A stretch of 64,000 nt of DNA from Dimorphilus gyrociliatus (Eukaryota > Animalia > Annelida), in NCBI GenBank assembly GCA_904063045.1, contig CAJFCJ010000007.1:1694873-1758872 (forward strand), given 5' to 3'. Positions 37,752 through 52,544 of the stretch are shown here, piece by piece (the stretch's first letter is position 1; the number at the start of each line of letters is the position of its first letter). Under the pieces are notes generated by a model. The model searched no databases and was not told the origin of the DNA. It was given only the letters and a program-made list of their open reading frames with translations. The translations under genes were made by a program, and so were the position numbers.

Positions 37752-39698
37752 TTAATATTTAACTTTTTTCGAATTGTCAGAAAAACTCAAATCAGTTTTC
37801 CTCTTGCTAATAATATTCTGAATTTTTTGCCACTCTCGATCAAGTTCTTTTCTTTCATCCTTCGGAGCCTGTCTTCGAGTACGTCGGCCGTCTTGCATTT
37901 TCTTGCCGTACTGAAACGCTGCTTTAGGCAAAGCTTCGCGTTGAGACATATAATCTGAATATTCTTCTTGATTTTCGAAATCCCAACGACCAACTGGTCC
38001 TTTCTTGTTGCCCTTGTCCATTTTTAAATAATCAACTTCATCATCAGAATCTCCCGCAGCATCAACCATTTCCACCATTCTGAAAAAGAATAAAACGATA
38101 AGATAAAACTTTGCCTTTTTTTATCTCTTACCCTGGGTAGCATTCAGCATAACTATCTGGTTCTACTTTTGACACTTTCGATCCTTTGACAGATTTCTTA
38201 GAAACTGTTGATTTAGGTACTTCACTTAATCCTGAGGGATTCCATCCTTTGTCATATTTTTCATTGACTGCTCTAACCAATTCTTTAGTAGATCTCTCTG
38301 CTTCTTTGCGTAGCAATTCCACCTCATTCTGAAAGATAAAACATAAGTTATGAAGGATATGGAAATAACATCGCTTACATCTTCAGTATTTGGTTTTTCA
38401 AAATAGCTTTTTCGTTCTTTTTTGTGCTCTTTATGTCTATCATTGTGCTTTTCCCTGTCATCTTTTTTTCTATCTCTTTCGTAGTCTTTTTTATCTCTCC
38501 TCTCCTTCCTATCATCCCTTCGTTCTCTTCTCTCATAGCTAGGAACATAGTCATCAACGTTATCATAAATGCTTACATCCTCAGATCGTCTTTTTCTGTG
38601 CTCTTTTTTCACAGTGTTGTTTAAATCATTTGTAAGTTCGTGTTCAGATTTTATATTTGTTAAAGGAGCTTTTTTTATTTTCTTATTATGTTTTCCAGTA
38701 CGCAAGTAAGATATAATTTGAGTGAGTTTGTTAATTACAACATCATTCGTATTTTGTGATCCAGTGGAAACATTCACTTCTGGGCAATCTGACTTTGAGC
38801 GAATCATTGTTGTTGGAACGTCTGTTTCTTCCTCATCATCAAGTTCAATCTGATAGGCCATTCTTCCAGGGGCAAACAGCTCATTTTTCAAAGGCCATTG
38901 TGGCTTAAGGATGTATTTCATTACAGCTTTGCCCATCATTGTATTAACTTTATCGTCTTCGATTGTTTCCCTCTCGATTGCTTGTTCCATTGATTTTTCG
39001 TCAATCTCTTGCTGTTCTTTCGAAAAAATTTCTGTACGTACTTTGTCAAGTAGAGCAAAATCAAGTCCTTTGACTAAATGTGTGTGCTCCATATCTCCAC
39101 CAAGATATTTAGACTCTTCTATTAGCTGTTTTCGTCTGTCAGCAAGATTCTCCCTACAAATTGGAACTGATAAAGTAGACATTTTTACTATTCATGAAAA
39201 TTACATTTTAGCATTAGGTGCTACAGCACGATAATTTGCTGTTGTGCTAATTAGTTCTGTTTCGATATAATCCTTGTTCAAACCATCTCTCCTCTCCTTA
39301 GCACGATCACGATATCTACTTTCTAGTTCTTTCTGCTTCTCATCTTCTTCACGCTTCATTTTTGCATAAAACTGTTTCTTCTTTCTCCTCTCAGAAGCTG
39401 CATCGGCATTTTTGGATTTCCTTTTACGTGAATTATTTTTATTTATATTCCATATACATTATTAAATCTTACTCTGACTGAACAGTTTGCTGAGTCCCAG
39501 AACCCAAGTGTTGACTAGCTTTATTTCCTCCCACTCGAGGTGTCATTAATAGTTTTCGAAAGTCTTCATTAGTTTTAGGTGCTCTTAATCAGCATTTTGA
39601 AAAGTTAACATTGTTGCAGCTATTAAAAAAACAAATACTTACACCTCCTCTGATTCTTTACAAGATAATAAAGGCGCAACGGGATTAGAAAACTCCAT
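37752..39698 (-). CDS. IK: Protein Red (IK; spliceosomal RED protein)
   Basis: MEFSNPVAP, TNEDFRKLLMTPR, KYRDRAKERRDG, ESKYLGGDMEHTHLVKGLDFALL, NELFAPGRMAY, R/D/E/K repeat tract, YAECYPG and KGPVGRWDFENQEEYSDYMSQREALPKAAFQYG. Confidence 0.96.
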
Positions 39699-39835
39699 GA
39701 TGAAACAAAAAAGATTGAATAAATTTTTTGATAAATTTTAGCTGACAGTTGCACCGATTAGTGAAGTGAGCCACTGAAAATATCAATATACAATTAATCA
39801 GTGGTCGATAATATAATGATATATGTATATATTAC

Positions 39836-39847
39836 TGCGCATGCGCG
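39836..39847. promoter_or_regulatory. NRF1/Ewg consensus palindrome in the IK / M1AP-like bidirectional promoter
   Basis: TGCGCATGCGCG matches YGCGCAYGCGCR. A reverse CCAAT (GATTGG, 39931) and a YY1-like AAGATGGCC (39953) lie nearby. Confidence 0.55.
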
Positions 39848-40660
39848 AAAAACAGGAATTGGTTTCGTTTTTGAAAGATTTGCAACAAAGTGTATCGATA
39901 TGTTACATTTGAAGTTTAAGCGTATGCTCTGATTGGCTGTTGTATTCACAAAAAGATGGCCACAGTATCTTTTAAGCAGAATTTTAGTATTTCATAGTTA
40001 TCTACGTATAAAACTGTTTGTTGTTTGCTCTAACTTATTTTCTTTGCTGGGGACAATATTTTAATATATACAAAATCCTCTTGTTAGAAACATTGAAATA
40101 TTTTTTATCGATATGTGTGAATCGATTATGCAATCGAATTGAATCGATTTTTATCGCTTGGTTCGTGTAAAAGAACTTTTCTTGCGTAACTAATTGTTCT
40201 TTTAAGCAAACTTCTGAGCTACTTATGCTAAGTTTTTTAAAAGCAGTTGAAACCTAATTAATTCTAATAAAACTAGTACTCTGCCTATTTGATATATTGT
40301 TTGTTAGTCGATATTTTCATTTATATTTTTGAATCACTGCCCTTGCTATCTCCATCCGTTAAAGAACTTTAAATCCAAAATACTGAAATGAATAAAAGTA
40401 ACTTAAAGTATACTAAATTTGTTCAAGGTTGGTACCCTTATTTAATAATTTAATTTACTTTGTAGTCCATTGTACGGCTGTATACTTCACAAGCCGTATT
40501 CGAAACACTTTATATTGTAGTCTTTCTAGTCTGAAATCAGTAAAGGAGTCAAAAAGATGTAGTTACTTTTGGAAAATTAAATTATAAAATAAGAAATATT
40601 TCTTAATCTGCTGACATAGATAAATATTCATACAAATTTACTTGTGATTTAACAGCTCGT

Positions 40661-42656
40661 ATGCTTTGTTTTGACTTGACGGCACCAAACAATCCAGAAG
40701 AAATAGAGGTTACTATTGATGCTTTATGCAATTCGCTGACTCTTGCAAAGTGCTTCCCAGGATCCTCTAGACTTGCTTTCATAGGACTTATTATCATAAG
40801 AGAAAAACCTGGTGTCATTTTTCCTCTACAAGATTGGCGAGTACATCCAGAGCTCTTACAGGAAGTCTGTAAAACTATTAAGAAACTGGGTGAAGAGGAT
40901 TTTTCTAACGAGGCTTTCAAAGAAATAAGTATACCAGACGTTTTGGATCAGGCTGTTGCAGAATTTAAAAAAAGAGAACAGAGTATTATAAACGATCTAT
41001 CTGTGAGTTTAAATTAAAAAAACTTTCCTACATATCGAACTTTTTCAGGTTAAGTATTGTATACGTTTGGAAATCGACATTTTTTCTTTGAAAAATCTTA
41101 GAAGTCAAGCAAAATCCTTTTTACAGCATTTAAAATTGAGAAACTATGCTGATCTAGTTGAGGTTCACTAGTCGAATTTTCATTAGTAAAACTTTAAGTG
41201 ACAATGTATAATAACACAGAAAATTCAATTATTTACTCTTAAGCCAAGCTTTTCCGGACGAGGTCGTAGAGTGTTACGAACATATCATGAATTTTTGAAT
41301 TTTGATGTTGATTCAAGCTCTAATGATGACTTGGATACTTTCCGAAACTCTTTGACTGACATTCATTTTGAATCTATAGAAGAGTTGAAAATAAGTCCAG
41401 AGGAGAGCGACAGCAGTACAATAATTGAATTTTTTGATGTAGTCAATGGTTATTATAAACTTCTGTCTCATTCATAGCAACTGAATATTTTTATTATATC
41501 TTAGAGCCTGTTCCCTTGAATAGCTTAATTTTAAATTGGATGCAGGAACCAGTAGGTGAAAAGGAACATTTGCAACTCAATATTGATAGTTAGTTTATTT
41601 CTACTATAATAAATTCAATTATGAGCTAAATGAAATGTATAGCTGACAATTCCCTTGAATTAAAGTTTGACATTCGAACCCGTTACCTCCCGTCTGCTGA
41701 AACAGAATTTTCGAAATATTTTGTAAGAATAACAAACGTATTTCAATATTAATTTTCTTAATACTGGGATTGTTTGCAGAATTTGATAGACGCCTTTCAA
41801 CCTGTTAACGTATTAAAGAAAAATAATTTTTTCCCACTTTCTGATATAGCTACTTTTTGTTTAAATATATTGGAGAAAGTTCCTTCTAATGGGATATGCT
41901 CTTCACTAATAAGCAGCGAGGTAAAAATTACTAGTTCCACACATACTAATCACCCTTATTTTATTATTTAGAGTATTGTTCTTGTTCCAACATGCGCCAC
42001 CAGTTATGATTGGTCAAAACTTGAAGAGAATGCTTTTCTTATTAAAGAAACCGCAGCTCACTTAAAAAGATCGGTATATCCAATATGATGTAAATTTTAA
42101 AGAAGATGTTTACATATTTCCTATAATTCAGGATGAATGCCTTATAGCAAAATTATCAGAAATACAGACGGACGTAAAATCGAAAAATAATAATAATCCC
42201 TCTGGTATCTATTTGCTGAAACCAGCCGAAAATGTGTTCCTGGCTTGTGTAAGATAACAAAAATATATTTAGCATAATGATAATGTTTAATTTTAGGGAA
42301 TTGTTACTAAGGAGTTCTACCTTAACGACACTTTTAATCAAACTATTTTTGGAAAAAGGTGTTCTGAAACTAGATGGAGTTTAATGAAAAATGCAATATC
42401 CAAAGTAGCGTGTCACTGCTATATCTAAATAAATTGTAATTGATATATCAACAACTTTCAGATTCCAGTAAAAAGCTACTACAATCCATTAGACCATTCA
42501 TCCAATATTTTCCAAAAAATTCACAATGTTAATGCGTCAACGAAATGTGGAGGAAAGATTAAGACCAAAAATAGGCAGAGAAAAGCAGCTACCTCTTTTG
42601 TTCGAGCATCTAAATTAGTGCCCAAAGTTAGTTGTGCTCCTCAAGTGTACGAATAA
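40661..42656 (+). CDS. M1AP: Meiosis 1 arrest protein (M1AP)-like; 5' end uncertain
   Basis: RMLCFDLTAP...IDALCNSLTLAKCFPGSSRLAFIGL...IFPLQ aligns by eye to human M1AP RLLIVHIALP...LCEALQNFFSLACSLMGPSRMSLFSL...ILPFV. LFLVPTCATSYDWSKLEEN resembles ILRPTSCWQLDWDELETN, and YYNPLDHSSNIFQKI resembles TYNPLHVQSHLYSHL. Stop TAA at 42654-42656. Confidence 0.65.
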
Positions 42657-42957
42657 GCATTTTACAGTGTTTCTTATTGGGGCATTAAAGAAGTTGAAAT
42701 TAACGTGAATTGTCTTTATCTCCCTTGGCCAAATAATTGACATGGCCAAAAGGATCTTGCAAATATAACAGAATTACGTTCGATTATTGGTGTTGTTTAT
42801 TTAAAATTCTGTGGTTTCAACTTGAACAAAAAAGTTGTTTACTTTCAGTTGCTTGATCTGGAATATAGCAAAATAGTTTTACTTGTAACCAGACATAAAA
42901 CTGGCTGGACTTGGCTTTCGTTGCCAAATTAATATCAGGAACGTTTAGGGAATTCAA

Positions 42958-43406
42958 TTATCGTTGCTGATCTTGAATAGTCTTTGAATCTTCCCAAGGA
43001 CGTGGTCCTCTAATGTTTTTCCAATTATCTAAGTCAGTATTTTGTAATTCCTATCAAAAAAATACTTCAATACTTTGATTGATAATGTAAAAATTAACCT
43101 CAAGCTGACTGTTTATACTGGATGACTCTTTGTCTTTCATTTTAACTCCGAGCTTTTCAACATCCGCTCGAGATATCATCTATATCATTTTGAACCAAAT
43201 GTACAATTATTTTAAATTAATGACATTTATTTAATTTTACATTTATTTTACTGTTTTCATATCTCATTGAAGCGAAGTGTTTGAGAGCAAACGATCCACC
43301 AACTAACAGACACTATTGGTAACATTTCAAATAATATTATCCTTTCTCATTTTTATTGAATGTGACTGACCAGAAACGGTGCTCCATACTTTGCAAATTT
43401 GCTCAT
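42958..43406 (-). CDS. COX16: Cytochrome c oxidase assembly protein COX16 (4 short exons; absent from the ORF track)
   Basis: MSKFAKYGAPFL|CLLVGGSFALKHFASMRYENSKIN|MISRADVEKLGVKMKDKESSSINSQLE|ELQNTDLDNWKNIRGPRPWEDSKTIQDQQR*. The signature WKNIRGPRPWE is present, and all three introns are phase 0. Confidence 0.92.
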
Positions 43407-43794
43407 TATCCCTCATCTAGATTCAATTAATTACAGACCAAAGTTTTGTGTTGAATAAATAAGAAAATCTTGTAAATTTGGTCAATTTTCGTATTCTTGA
43501 AACCTGTATGTACTGAACAAATTTATCAATTTTGAATATAAGCTCTACATACAGAGCAAAATTATCTGCAAGTTACGAAGAGTTCTTAGATAAAGTATAC
43601 AAGGCACACGAATATTTAAAAAACTACAGTTTCTTACGTCAGATAGATGTTATCAATTAATGACATTAAAGGAAAATTCTTACACTATACAAGTAGTTTT
43701 CTCAGATATTGTTTCAATTATATATCTTTAATTATTTACTTTTATTTGTAAATGACCTACCTTGTTTTATCATTCACTGCGTGTCTTAGCTAAA

Positions 43795-45351
43795 ATGGCT
43801 GCGCCCATCAAAAACGTTTTTTCTTTGCTTCTACGAAGAAATTTTGGCAATAGCAGTATTAATAGCCGTTTAAGTTTTATTGCAAGGTACAATCTTTAAA
43901 TGATCTGTTTTAAGTTAATTATTTTAGTAAAACACTTAGTTCTGAATCACGAATTATTGGAAATCCTTACTGTCTACATAACTTAAAGAATGTTAACTTC
44001 TCACAAAAACGCGCAGCAACTTTCTTTAATAAAAGTGAGTTATGATAAGCTCAAATTTAATTCAACTAATAACATAACTGCATATTCTCCGAACAGTTGA
44101 TGCCGAAAACCTATGGAAGGGTGTTGTAAGTGTGAGTGCTGCCGGGAAAAAAAGAGGAAGAGGAAAACGTGTTGGTAGAAAAAAAGTTACAGACTTAAAC
44201 AGAGGGCAAGTTATGGGAGTTGGCAAAGCAAATATTGAATGGCCTGGTCTTAATTCTCCGATCATGAAGGGAAAGGAGGTTTTAAGAAGGAAACAGCTAC
44301 CTCCAAATCCTGATTACGCAGCAGAAATCATTCGTCTTCGAGATTCTATGAGTAGAATAAGACATCCTGGACTTTCGCCTTTACTTCGAGGCTTTAGTGG
44401 TAACCGATTTCCAGGACAGTCTGTCGGGCCTCCGGATCCCATAGGAGATTGTAGGTATATATTTTTCTATTAAAAGAGTTTTAAATCAATATTGTCTTTG
44501 CAGATTCTTTTGAAGGGTTTGACACAATTGTTTTAGAGGTAGAATCACAATTCAAGTGGTGACTGTAGACTAATGAAATTGTTTTAAACAGTTCAAACTT
44601 GTAGCTAATATGACTGGCACACTCGGAAGAAAGCAAAGATTTTCTGCTTTCGTTGTCACGGGAAATAAAAATGGTCTAGCAGGATTTGGATTAGGTAAAT
44701 CTGTTAAAGGAAAATCGGCCATTCGAATTGTTAAGTTTTATCAAAAAGTTTTGCAACATATTTAATAACTTTCATTTTCAGGCGAAAAACAGGGCAGCTC
44801 TTCAGCTGCGTTATATTAATAGATTTGAAAATCACACTGTGTTTCATAACATGTTTGAACAAAATAAAAGCAGCAAGCTATACATATACAAGAAAGAGAA
44901 AGGCCATGGACTGAAGTGTCATCGCGTCATTTCCAAAATTTGCAACTTAATCGGTATTACCGATTTACATTGTAAAGTAGAAGGAAGCAGTGCAAATGTT
45001 CAAGCAATAACGACAGCATTTTTTAATGCTTTACAAAAGCAAGAAACCCATCAACAACTGGCTGACAGAATGAATTATCATTTGGTTGAGCAACGAGCGG
45101 AACATGATTGGCTGCCCAGGGTGGTTGCTTCACCATCTCATAATTCAGTGCAAGAGAAATCTTATCGAAATGAAGAAGATATTGACGGTTCTTTCGAACG
45201 TATTTATTTCGATGGAAAAGTTCACTATCAACCTCAGAAGAGAAGTCCTTTTTGGACAAAATTAAAAACATGGGAAAAGAAATGCAAGAATGTTGCTTAT
45301 CAAAGAAACCAACCGAAGGCTCAAATATTGCGAGAAGCAGGATTGGCTTAA
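43795..45351 (+). CDS. MRPS5: Mitochondrial ribosomal protein S5 (uS5m)
   Basis: Presequence-like [17 protein letters not shown], then [67 protein letters not shown] and [29 protein letters not shown]. Confidence 0.95.
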
Positions 45352-45385
45352 GCGATTATATGTATTTAATATATTAATAAATATT

Positions 45386-47314
<1,929 letters not shown>

Positions 47315-47879
47315 TTATAGAAAAAAAATTTCTTACACACTTCTTAGGAAGATAGCATGAAACAGAAAATTCTTTAATGATCGTTAATATTTATTATTTT
47401 TCATAGTTACCTCTATTTTACAGTTAGCTTTTTAGTTTTTTCCTTCTCCAACACACGCTTTCAGAAAAATATTCTTTTGGTGAGAATAAACCGGTATTTT
47501 ATCATTTTTATTTTTAATATTTAATAATAAAAATAACATATTAAAAACCTTGTTAAGATTTTTAATTTAGATTATGCATTTAATAAAGAGATTTTTACAA
47601 CCCTAAGCTATTTCCATCCATTTTTTTACTAATCTGGTTCTACGTTTGGCGGAAAGTGTTTGAAGTAATCTATTCTATTTTTTTATATGATACACAGATA
47701 GAATCTTTGAAGTCTATCCACTTAATTTTGATAGCATTTTAGATGACTATTATAGTATTAAAACTACCATAATCAGATTCTCAAATGCAAATGTGATAGA
47801 CTTAGTCTGATTTTCGTTATGATCCTTATTTCGCACCACGCTTGAAACTGTTTCACGTAATCTTACTAATTTTATAGCA

Positions 47880-50800
47880 ATGGAAGTTGACGATTTCGCC
47901 GACCTAGCTAATGCTGCTCAGCAATTAACAGCTGGTATGACTCCAGTGGGACAACTGCCAAGAGTGGAACGGACTCTTTTTCAAATACGAGATGCAGCAG
48001 AACGATTAGCATCTAAAACGACACAAGTTGAGCAAGAAAGTAAAGTCAAAGCGTAAGTAATTATGAGGCATTTATTATTTAATAAAAGTTTATTTCATAT
48101 TGAAATATGCAGGTCTTTGCTTTTGGGATCGAAAGGCTTTGATCTACAAACCATGTCTCAAAAGCTATCGAATATTAGTTCTGCAAAAACTTTTGAGCCA
48201 CTAGAGCCGGTACATGAAACCGACATTGAAAGTTTTTTAAAGAACGAAAGAGAAAATGCTTTACTTAGTGCGATTGAACATTCTCGTCGAAGGGTAAATT
48301 GTTTTTAGTGTAATTTTGATAAAATAAATTTTGTTCACTAGACGGCAGAAGAAGTTGAGAAAAATCACTGGGAATGTTTAGAATCTGAATGGGAGAGGGA
48401 GAAGCAAAAACTATTAAATGCTTTAGTTTCTGGACAAGAAGCTCTAGAACTTCCATCACAAGTAATGCAAACACTATTAAAATTGTTACAAGTATTAACT
48501 GTTTTCAATGCAGGACATAACGGCAGCAGATTATACATTATCTCATGCTCGAAGTTCAATGAATCAAAACGAATTGCTATATGCCAAACAAATAGAGTTA
48601 TATAATAAGAATACTTTAAACAGAATACTTGATAATGATCTTGTTAAAAAGTTAGAAAAGGCTGGAAGCCAAATGAATGATAATGTAAGTTACGCACTAT
48701 CCAAATTATTTTATTTATTAAAAAGCATTTCTTCAGAGCATCGAAACATTATGGAGAATGGTTAGGATTGTAACGGCCATATCGATTCCTTCAGAAGCCA
48801 ATGCGTTAGCTTTCAGAAACGGTTTCAAATTCCAATCTGAATTTATACGTAGATGCTTGAATTTACTTGAAGAACAGTACGCAACATATTTAGAAAATAT
48901 CGTTAATTCAAATATGTATTCTGCACAACGAGGAGGAATTCCAGGGACCTTGAATACAGTCAAATCATTTTTAAAAGTCCGCCTACGAGATCAGTTCACT
49001 GCTAGTTTAGTAGAAAGAACCACAGATGGCAATCCGGTTTGGCCAGCAATCTTCTATTGCCTTCGATCAGGAGACATCGATGGGGCAATTGAAGTGGCGT
49101 CAAGTACGTTAAAAGGAATTGGAGATATCGCAAACTGTTTGAAAGAGTATAAAAACGGCTTAGGTACTGAATCTTTAGCCAAATTGCAAATTGAATATGC
49201 TAGATCAGTAAAAGATAGCAAAGATCCCTTCAAACGAATTGTTTATTGTGTTATTGGTCGCTGTGATACTCATGATGATCATAGTGAAGTTTGTGAAAAG
49301 ATAGATGACTACTTGTGGTTGAAATTATCTCAGTGTCTCCAAACACCTTCCGATAAACATGACTTATCCTTAAATAAGTTGCAGTACAGGCTATCAGTGG
49401 AATTTGGCGAAAATCATTTCAATGCCCAGAATAATCCATTTTTATATTTTCAAGTACTATTTTTAACTGGCCAATTTGAAGCTGCGATTGAAATCTTAGC
49501 CAGACATGAAAAATTCAGATGTCATGCAGTTCATGTTGCTATTGCTCTAGCACAAACTGGATGTTTGGCTGTTCCAAAGTTAATGCAAGGTCAACTTTTA
49601 AGTAGAGAGGCTTCAGATGAAAAGCCTATGTACAGATTAAATTTAGCGAGGTTAATCTGCTTGTACACAAAAAGTTTCGAGTCAGTAGAGCCTTTACAAG
49701 CTCTGGAATATTTTTTTCTTTTAAGGTTAGCATAAAACTTGAATATTATTCACATATAATAAATTGATAATGGACATCTTTATTAAACTGAATGTAGAAA
49801 GTACCAAAATGCAAATGGAGAAAGCTGGTTTGTTACATACGTTTCGGAATTGGTCACTGAAACTCGGGAGTTTAATCTTTTATTAGGGAGTTTCGGTTCT
49901 GATGGACGAAGAATGGTAATACATCTTTTTTCAGTTATCTCATAATAAAAATGTTTATTAACAGGCTGGAGCAATAGATAAGTTCGGTGTAGACTCACAA
50001 CAAATGATTGAGACTGTCGCTAGAAAAACTGAGGAAAATGGAAATATAGAGGAAGCTGTATTTTTATATGACTTAGCTGGGGTAATAATTATTAAATTTT
50101 TTTCGAAGATTAATATATATATTTTTTAAAGAACACAGATCTCGTTGTAAATCTTCTAAACCAATTGTTAGTGCCCGTTGTTCGCATACAACCGCCTGCC
50201 AGTAAGCAACGCATAAAGTCTCTAGCTATTTCGATTGCTCAAAGGTGATTTACTTTTCGAATTATTCGGTTTAACGGCCTTTATTTTCAGGATGAAAGCA
50301 TTTAATAGAGATGCTGTAAATGCAGAAACATTCTACCTATTGTTAGATCTGTTGACTTTTTTCGATCTATTCATAGCAGAGGATTATACTAAGTGTACCC
50401 AAGTTTTAAATGAACTTCAAATTTTGCCTATTAATGTTGATGCCGTGGGTCAAAAACTCAAGTTGTTTACTAATTATTCTGATGAGGTAAATTTTCCTGA
50501 TTATGTACAAAAGATACATTCCAGTGCTACCTCTTTTTTCAGATAAGAAAAGTAATTCCTGACGTCCTGATTGCTGCCATGCAGATGCTTTTAGCTCAGT
50601 ATAAACTCGCAAAGGAACAAAGTACTGCTAGTTTGCTAATGAAATCCCGAAGAACTAGAGAAGAAGCGGGTCTAGAAGAACACTTGAAGGACTTAAAGAT
50701 TCGAGCCAAGGCGCTTATAACTTATGCTGGGAGTTTACCTTACAGACTACCGGGTAACACCAACGCTAAGCTTTTGCAAATGGAGGTCCTCATGAATTAA
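47880..50800 (+). CDS. NUP93: Nuclear pore complex protein Nup93
   Basis: [110 protein letters not shown] and [25 protein letters not shown]. Confidence 0.96.
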
Positions 50801-50971
50801 CTAATTTGTTGTACGTACGGTAGTATATTCTCAAAATAAAGTAAAATTTTTAGCATAAAACTGTAAATGAAATATGTATAATATTTAAAAGAAGTGTATA
50901 GAAGAGATTTTTCACTAAATTCGATTTGAGGTGCCTGATTAACAAAGAAAAATATTTTGTGATTGTGAAAT

Positions 50972-51910
50972 CTATACGTAAGATATTATTTGCATCATTG
51001 ACGATTCCCTGATCGCTGCTTTCTGGCTACACTTTACGTACTGAGGTTTTGAAAATTCTGGTGTCTCTTTCAATGCTTTGAGGAAATTTTCAACTTTTCT
51101 TGCAAAAGTCCTCCTTTCTTCCTGAGTTTGACATAACTGTGTCTCAACAAGTAATAAAGACATCTCATGAATTAACATTTTATGATGATCTTCACTTATT
51201 TTAGACTTCTTTCGACCTGTGAAGCTCTCGGCCACCCCATATAAACCTGTGCCCAAGGCAAGTAGGCAGTTATTAGATAAGATTGTCCAACCTAAGTGAG
51301 CCAGTAATTTAAAAGCTATTGTACATCCAATTGAGATTAGGCAAAACATAATCATGGTGAAAATATATACTCTCACGAATATTTTAAGCTTTTGCCCTCT
51401 AATGGTTTCTGTTTTATCAGCCTTTTCGAGATTAAGGCGGAGAGTTTTAATTTCATGAAAGCAATTATTAACTACCCACGCTCTTAAACCTATGACAAAA
51501 CAAACTCCAATGCATTCTAATGCTGAGTGAGCTTCTTCAATTGTTTCCCCATTCTTCTCTCTTACTTCTAGCAGGATCTTTAATACTCCAAGGAGTACTG
51601 CTGTTAAATGTATAGTAAGTATAAACGGTTCAGATGTTAGGAAAGTAGCAATTTTTTTAAAAATTGAATGTTCTTTGATTTCTTCTGCGAAACAAGGGAA
51701 GAAGAACTCCTCAAGCGATTCCCTAAAAGACTCATGATTCTGTTCTTTACGCTCCACTATATATCTTGTATGGTATTTAACACCTAGTTGATTCTTCTTG
51801 CCAAGAATTAATGCACCTTCCTGGGAATTGTCAGAATCTGATTTTGTGCTGATAGTATCTTTCTTGTTATCCAATGAGAGATTTACACTATCAATATTTT
51901 GTGAAGACAT
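50972..51910 (-). CDS. Intronless orphan four-TM membrane protein, 312 aa from Met 51910 (ORF open from 52033)
   Basis: Uninterrupted ORF of over 1 kb in a stop-rich genome, with four hydrophobic segments (PFILTIHLTAVLLGVLKILL; ALECIGVCFVIGLRAWVV; VYIFTMIMFCLISIGCTIAF; LGWTILSNNCLLALGTGLYGVA). No family recognised. Confidence 0.7.
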   Translation of the reverse strand: MSSQNIDSVNLSLDNKKDTISTKSDSDNSQEGALILGKKNQLGVKYHTRYIVERKEQNHESFRESLEEFFFPCFAEEIKEHSIFKKIATFLTSEPFILTIHLTAVLLGVLKILLEVREKNGETIEEAHSALECIGVCFVIGLRAWVVNNCFHEIKTLRLNLEKADKTETIRGQKLKIFVRVYIFTMIMFCLISIGCTIAFKLLAHLGWTILSNNCLLALGTGLYGVAESFTGRKKSKISEDHHKMLIHEMSLLLVETQLCQTQEERRTFARKVENFLKALKETPEFSKPQYVKCSQKAAIRESSMMQIISYV

Positions 51911-52544
51911 TTTCCTTGTTATGAACTTTGAGCTTAAAAAAGAATATAGAGTAATAAGTAATATTGCAATCACAATTTCTTTTGAAAAATTGTAAAAACT
52001 TATTGTCTTTATTATTTTCAGTATACTGTACATGTATTTTTGATTGAAAATTAATAATTTTAGTCTTTAGATGTGGATAATGTTGATTATTTAAAGGTAT
52101 CTAGTTTGAAATAGAAGCAAGGAACGTGGTGTCCTAGCATTTTTGTAACTATAAACAGCGAGAAAGTGTTAAGGAAAGTAATCAACAAACCAGTTTTATC
52201 AAATATCCTTGTTTCACTCGCAGTTGGTAGGTCGTTGTATAACGAAGGATGAAAGTGACATAGCATTTACATTAAGCTGAATTTTATGACTAATATATTA
52301 ATTAACAAATTCAATGATAGAGCTTCAACTAGTATCAAAAGGTGAAAAATACCTTGGCAACCTGCCAAAGTACTGGTGCTTCACCTTATTCGTAAACGTT
52401 AACGCGCTTACAAATTTTTTTCGCTTGAAATTTACTTTTGAATTTTTCAATATTCGAGGGTCTAAAATTCAATGTAATAACCCTATTAAATAGCAATTCT
52501 TCAACGTCCTCTATTGTTATTTGATCTTGTTTAATGTTTAAACA

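Noticed and set aside
38352-38360. ATATCCTTC (minus strand) resembling a U12 AT-AC donor in IK
   Set aside because: It lies inside a normal GTAAGC...AG intron whose boundaries already preserve the frame.
41669-41699. tRNA-like T-loop (minus strand GGAGGTAACGGGTTCGAATGTC)
   Set aside because: The T-stem cannot pair, there is no cloverleaf, and it lies within an M1AP-like coding exon (DIRTRYLPSAE).
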